Assembly: GCA_036172245.1 (NCBI GenBank)
Contig: JAYWIR010000007.1
Coordinates: 4,278,001-4,342,000, forward strand
From: Raillietiella orientalis
Taxonomy: Eukaryota
Length of the DNA stretch: 64,000 bases
Direction of reading: 5' to 3'
A program made the translations under genes and the position numbers. The notes beneath the pieces were generated by a model that was given only the letters and a program-made list of their open reading frames with translations, was not told the DNA's origin and made no database searches. Shown here one piece after another: positions 63,048 through 64,000 of this stretch. Each line of letters starts with the position of its first letter. Within the stretch, counting starts at the first letter, position 1.

Positions 63048-63533
63048 GGCGGCTCCCCCCGTGTCGTTGTCTTCGAGCGGTCCGCACCGCGTCGCCGTGC
63101 TTGCCTTTGGCCAGCAAGGCGGTGTGCGCGGTGGCTGGCCAGCAGCGGCCTTTGGCGCCGTCCCCGCGGCTGCAGGCCGATCGGCGACCGGTTCGGACTT
63201 TGGCGCCACCACGACCGCTGCCGCCGCCGTCAGCAGCAGCAGCATCAGCAGCTCTTTCGGCGGAATGCTCGGGAAGGCTGGCTAGCCGTAATTCGGCCTC
63301 GTGCGCGGCGTCCTCCGTCTGCGCATCGGCGGACGCGGAGCGCGCGCGGTGCGGTACGATTTGTTTGGAAACGGCTCGAACACTAAACGCCTATCGGTTT
63401 GTAATTCTGGAGGAGCACGGCTGCTGCGCGCGCGAGAGAATTACCGAGCAGTTTTCAGTAGGGCAGCAAATCATGAGCGTTGAGGCGAAAGCTTTTAAAA
63501 TGAATTGTGCTCGAAGTCATAATTCCTCCGCAG

Positions 63534-63571
<38 letters not shown>

Positions 63572-64000
63572 GAAAGAAAGAAAGGCGGAGGAGGAGGAAA
63601 CGAAGAAGAAGAAGAAGCAACTAGTTGCAAAAACGCCCGAAAGCCCCTCCGAGCAATCGTCGTCGTCCGCTTCGTCCGTTCCCTCTCCGTTCCACCCAGG
63701 AAGCGCCCGTTCCCGGCGACCTGGCGTAAGTTGAGATTTGCGTCCGCGGACTGCGGAAGAGTCATTCGTGTCTCGGTTCGTTCTCGGGGCCTCCCAATAA
63801 AGTCTCGTTACTGCGTAAACAGAGACACCTGATGAGACCACGCGAAGCATAAAATTGGAAACTTCCGAGCATGAAATCAAACGTGGTAAAGAACTGCAGC
63901 TTAATTCGCGGGTGCATATCGGCTGGGAGGAAAGGCAAAGTTCGGGAAGGAAAGGGGGGACTGCCGCCGCCTCTGGAGCAGCCGAGACTCACCGACCGAG

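Noticed and set aside
62964..63340. Poly-Ala/poly-Gln ORFs around the CAG repeat
   Set aside because: Several frames are open on both strands with no convincing splice sites or start context; cannot be distinguished from microsatellite DNA.
1..64000. CRISPR arrays, rRNA genes, prokaryotic operons, intact transposases or LTRs
   Set aside because: No regularly spaced repeats, rRNA signatures or DDE/integrase motifs were recognised. The sequence is eukaryotic in character.

Overview
GC-rich eukaryotic (probably metazoan; inferred) genomic DNA with many microsatellites and homopolymers. Almost all long ORFs in the track are compositional artefacts. Four kinds of real signal are supported. (1) About 11 decayed, 5'-truncated copies of L1/Tx1-clade non-LTR retrotransposons in two subfamilies. 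One retains a broken RT domain (11.5-14.1 kb, minus). One related fragment ends in AATAAA joined directly to a U2 snRNA fragment (Keno/Utopia-type junction). Nine others end at a shared ~25-nt motif (AATAAA|CGCCCCGGCGYRCCCGGGTGA) that may be a different target, possibly U4 snRNA-derived. The copies recur as head-to-head same-subfamily pairs. (2) A near-identical ~887-bp inverted duplication (37376-38262 / 41474-42359). (3) A tRNA-like (A-box/B-box) SINE-type repeat in the first 7 kb. (4) A predicted three-exon host gene (31271-32433, 204 aa) whose motif order (TQT, BH3-like helix, C-terminal hydrophobic/basic tail) resembles the BH3-only proteins Bim/Bmf. All calls were made by eye; element boundaries are approximate and no database searches were run.
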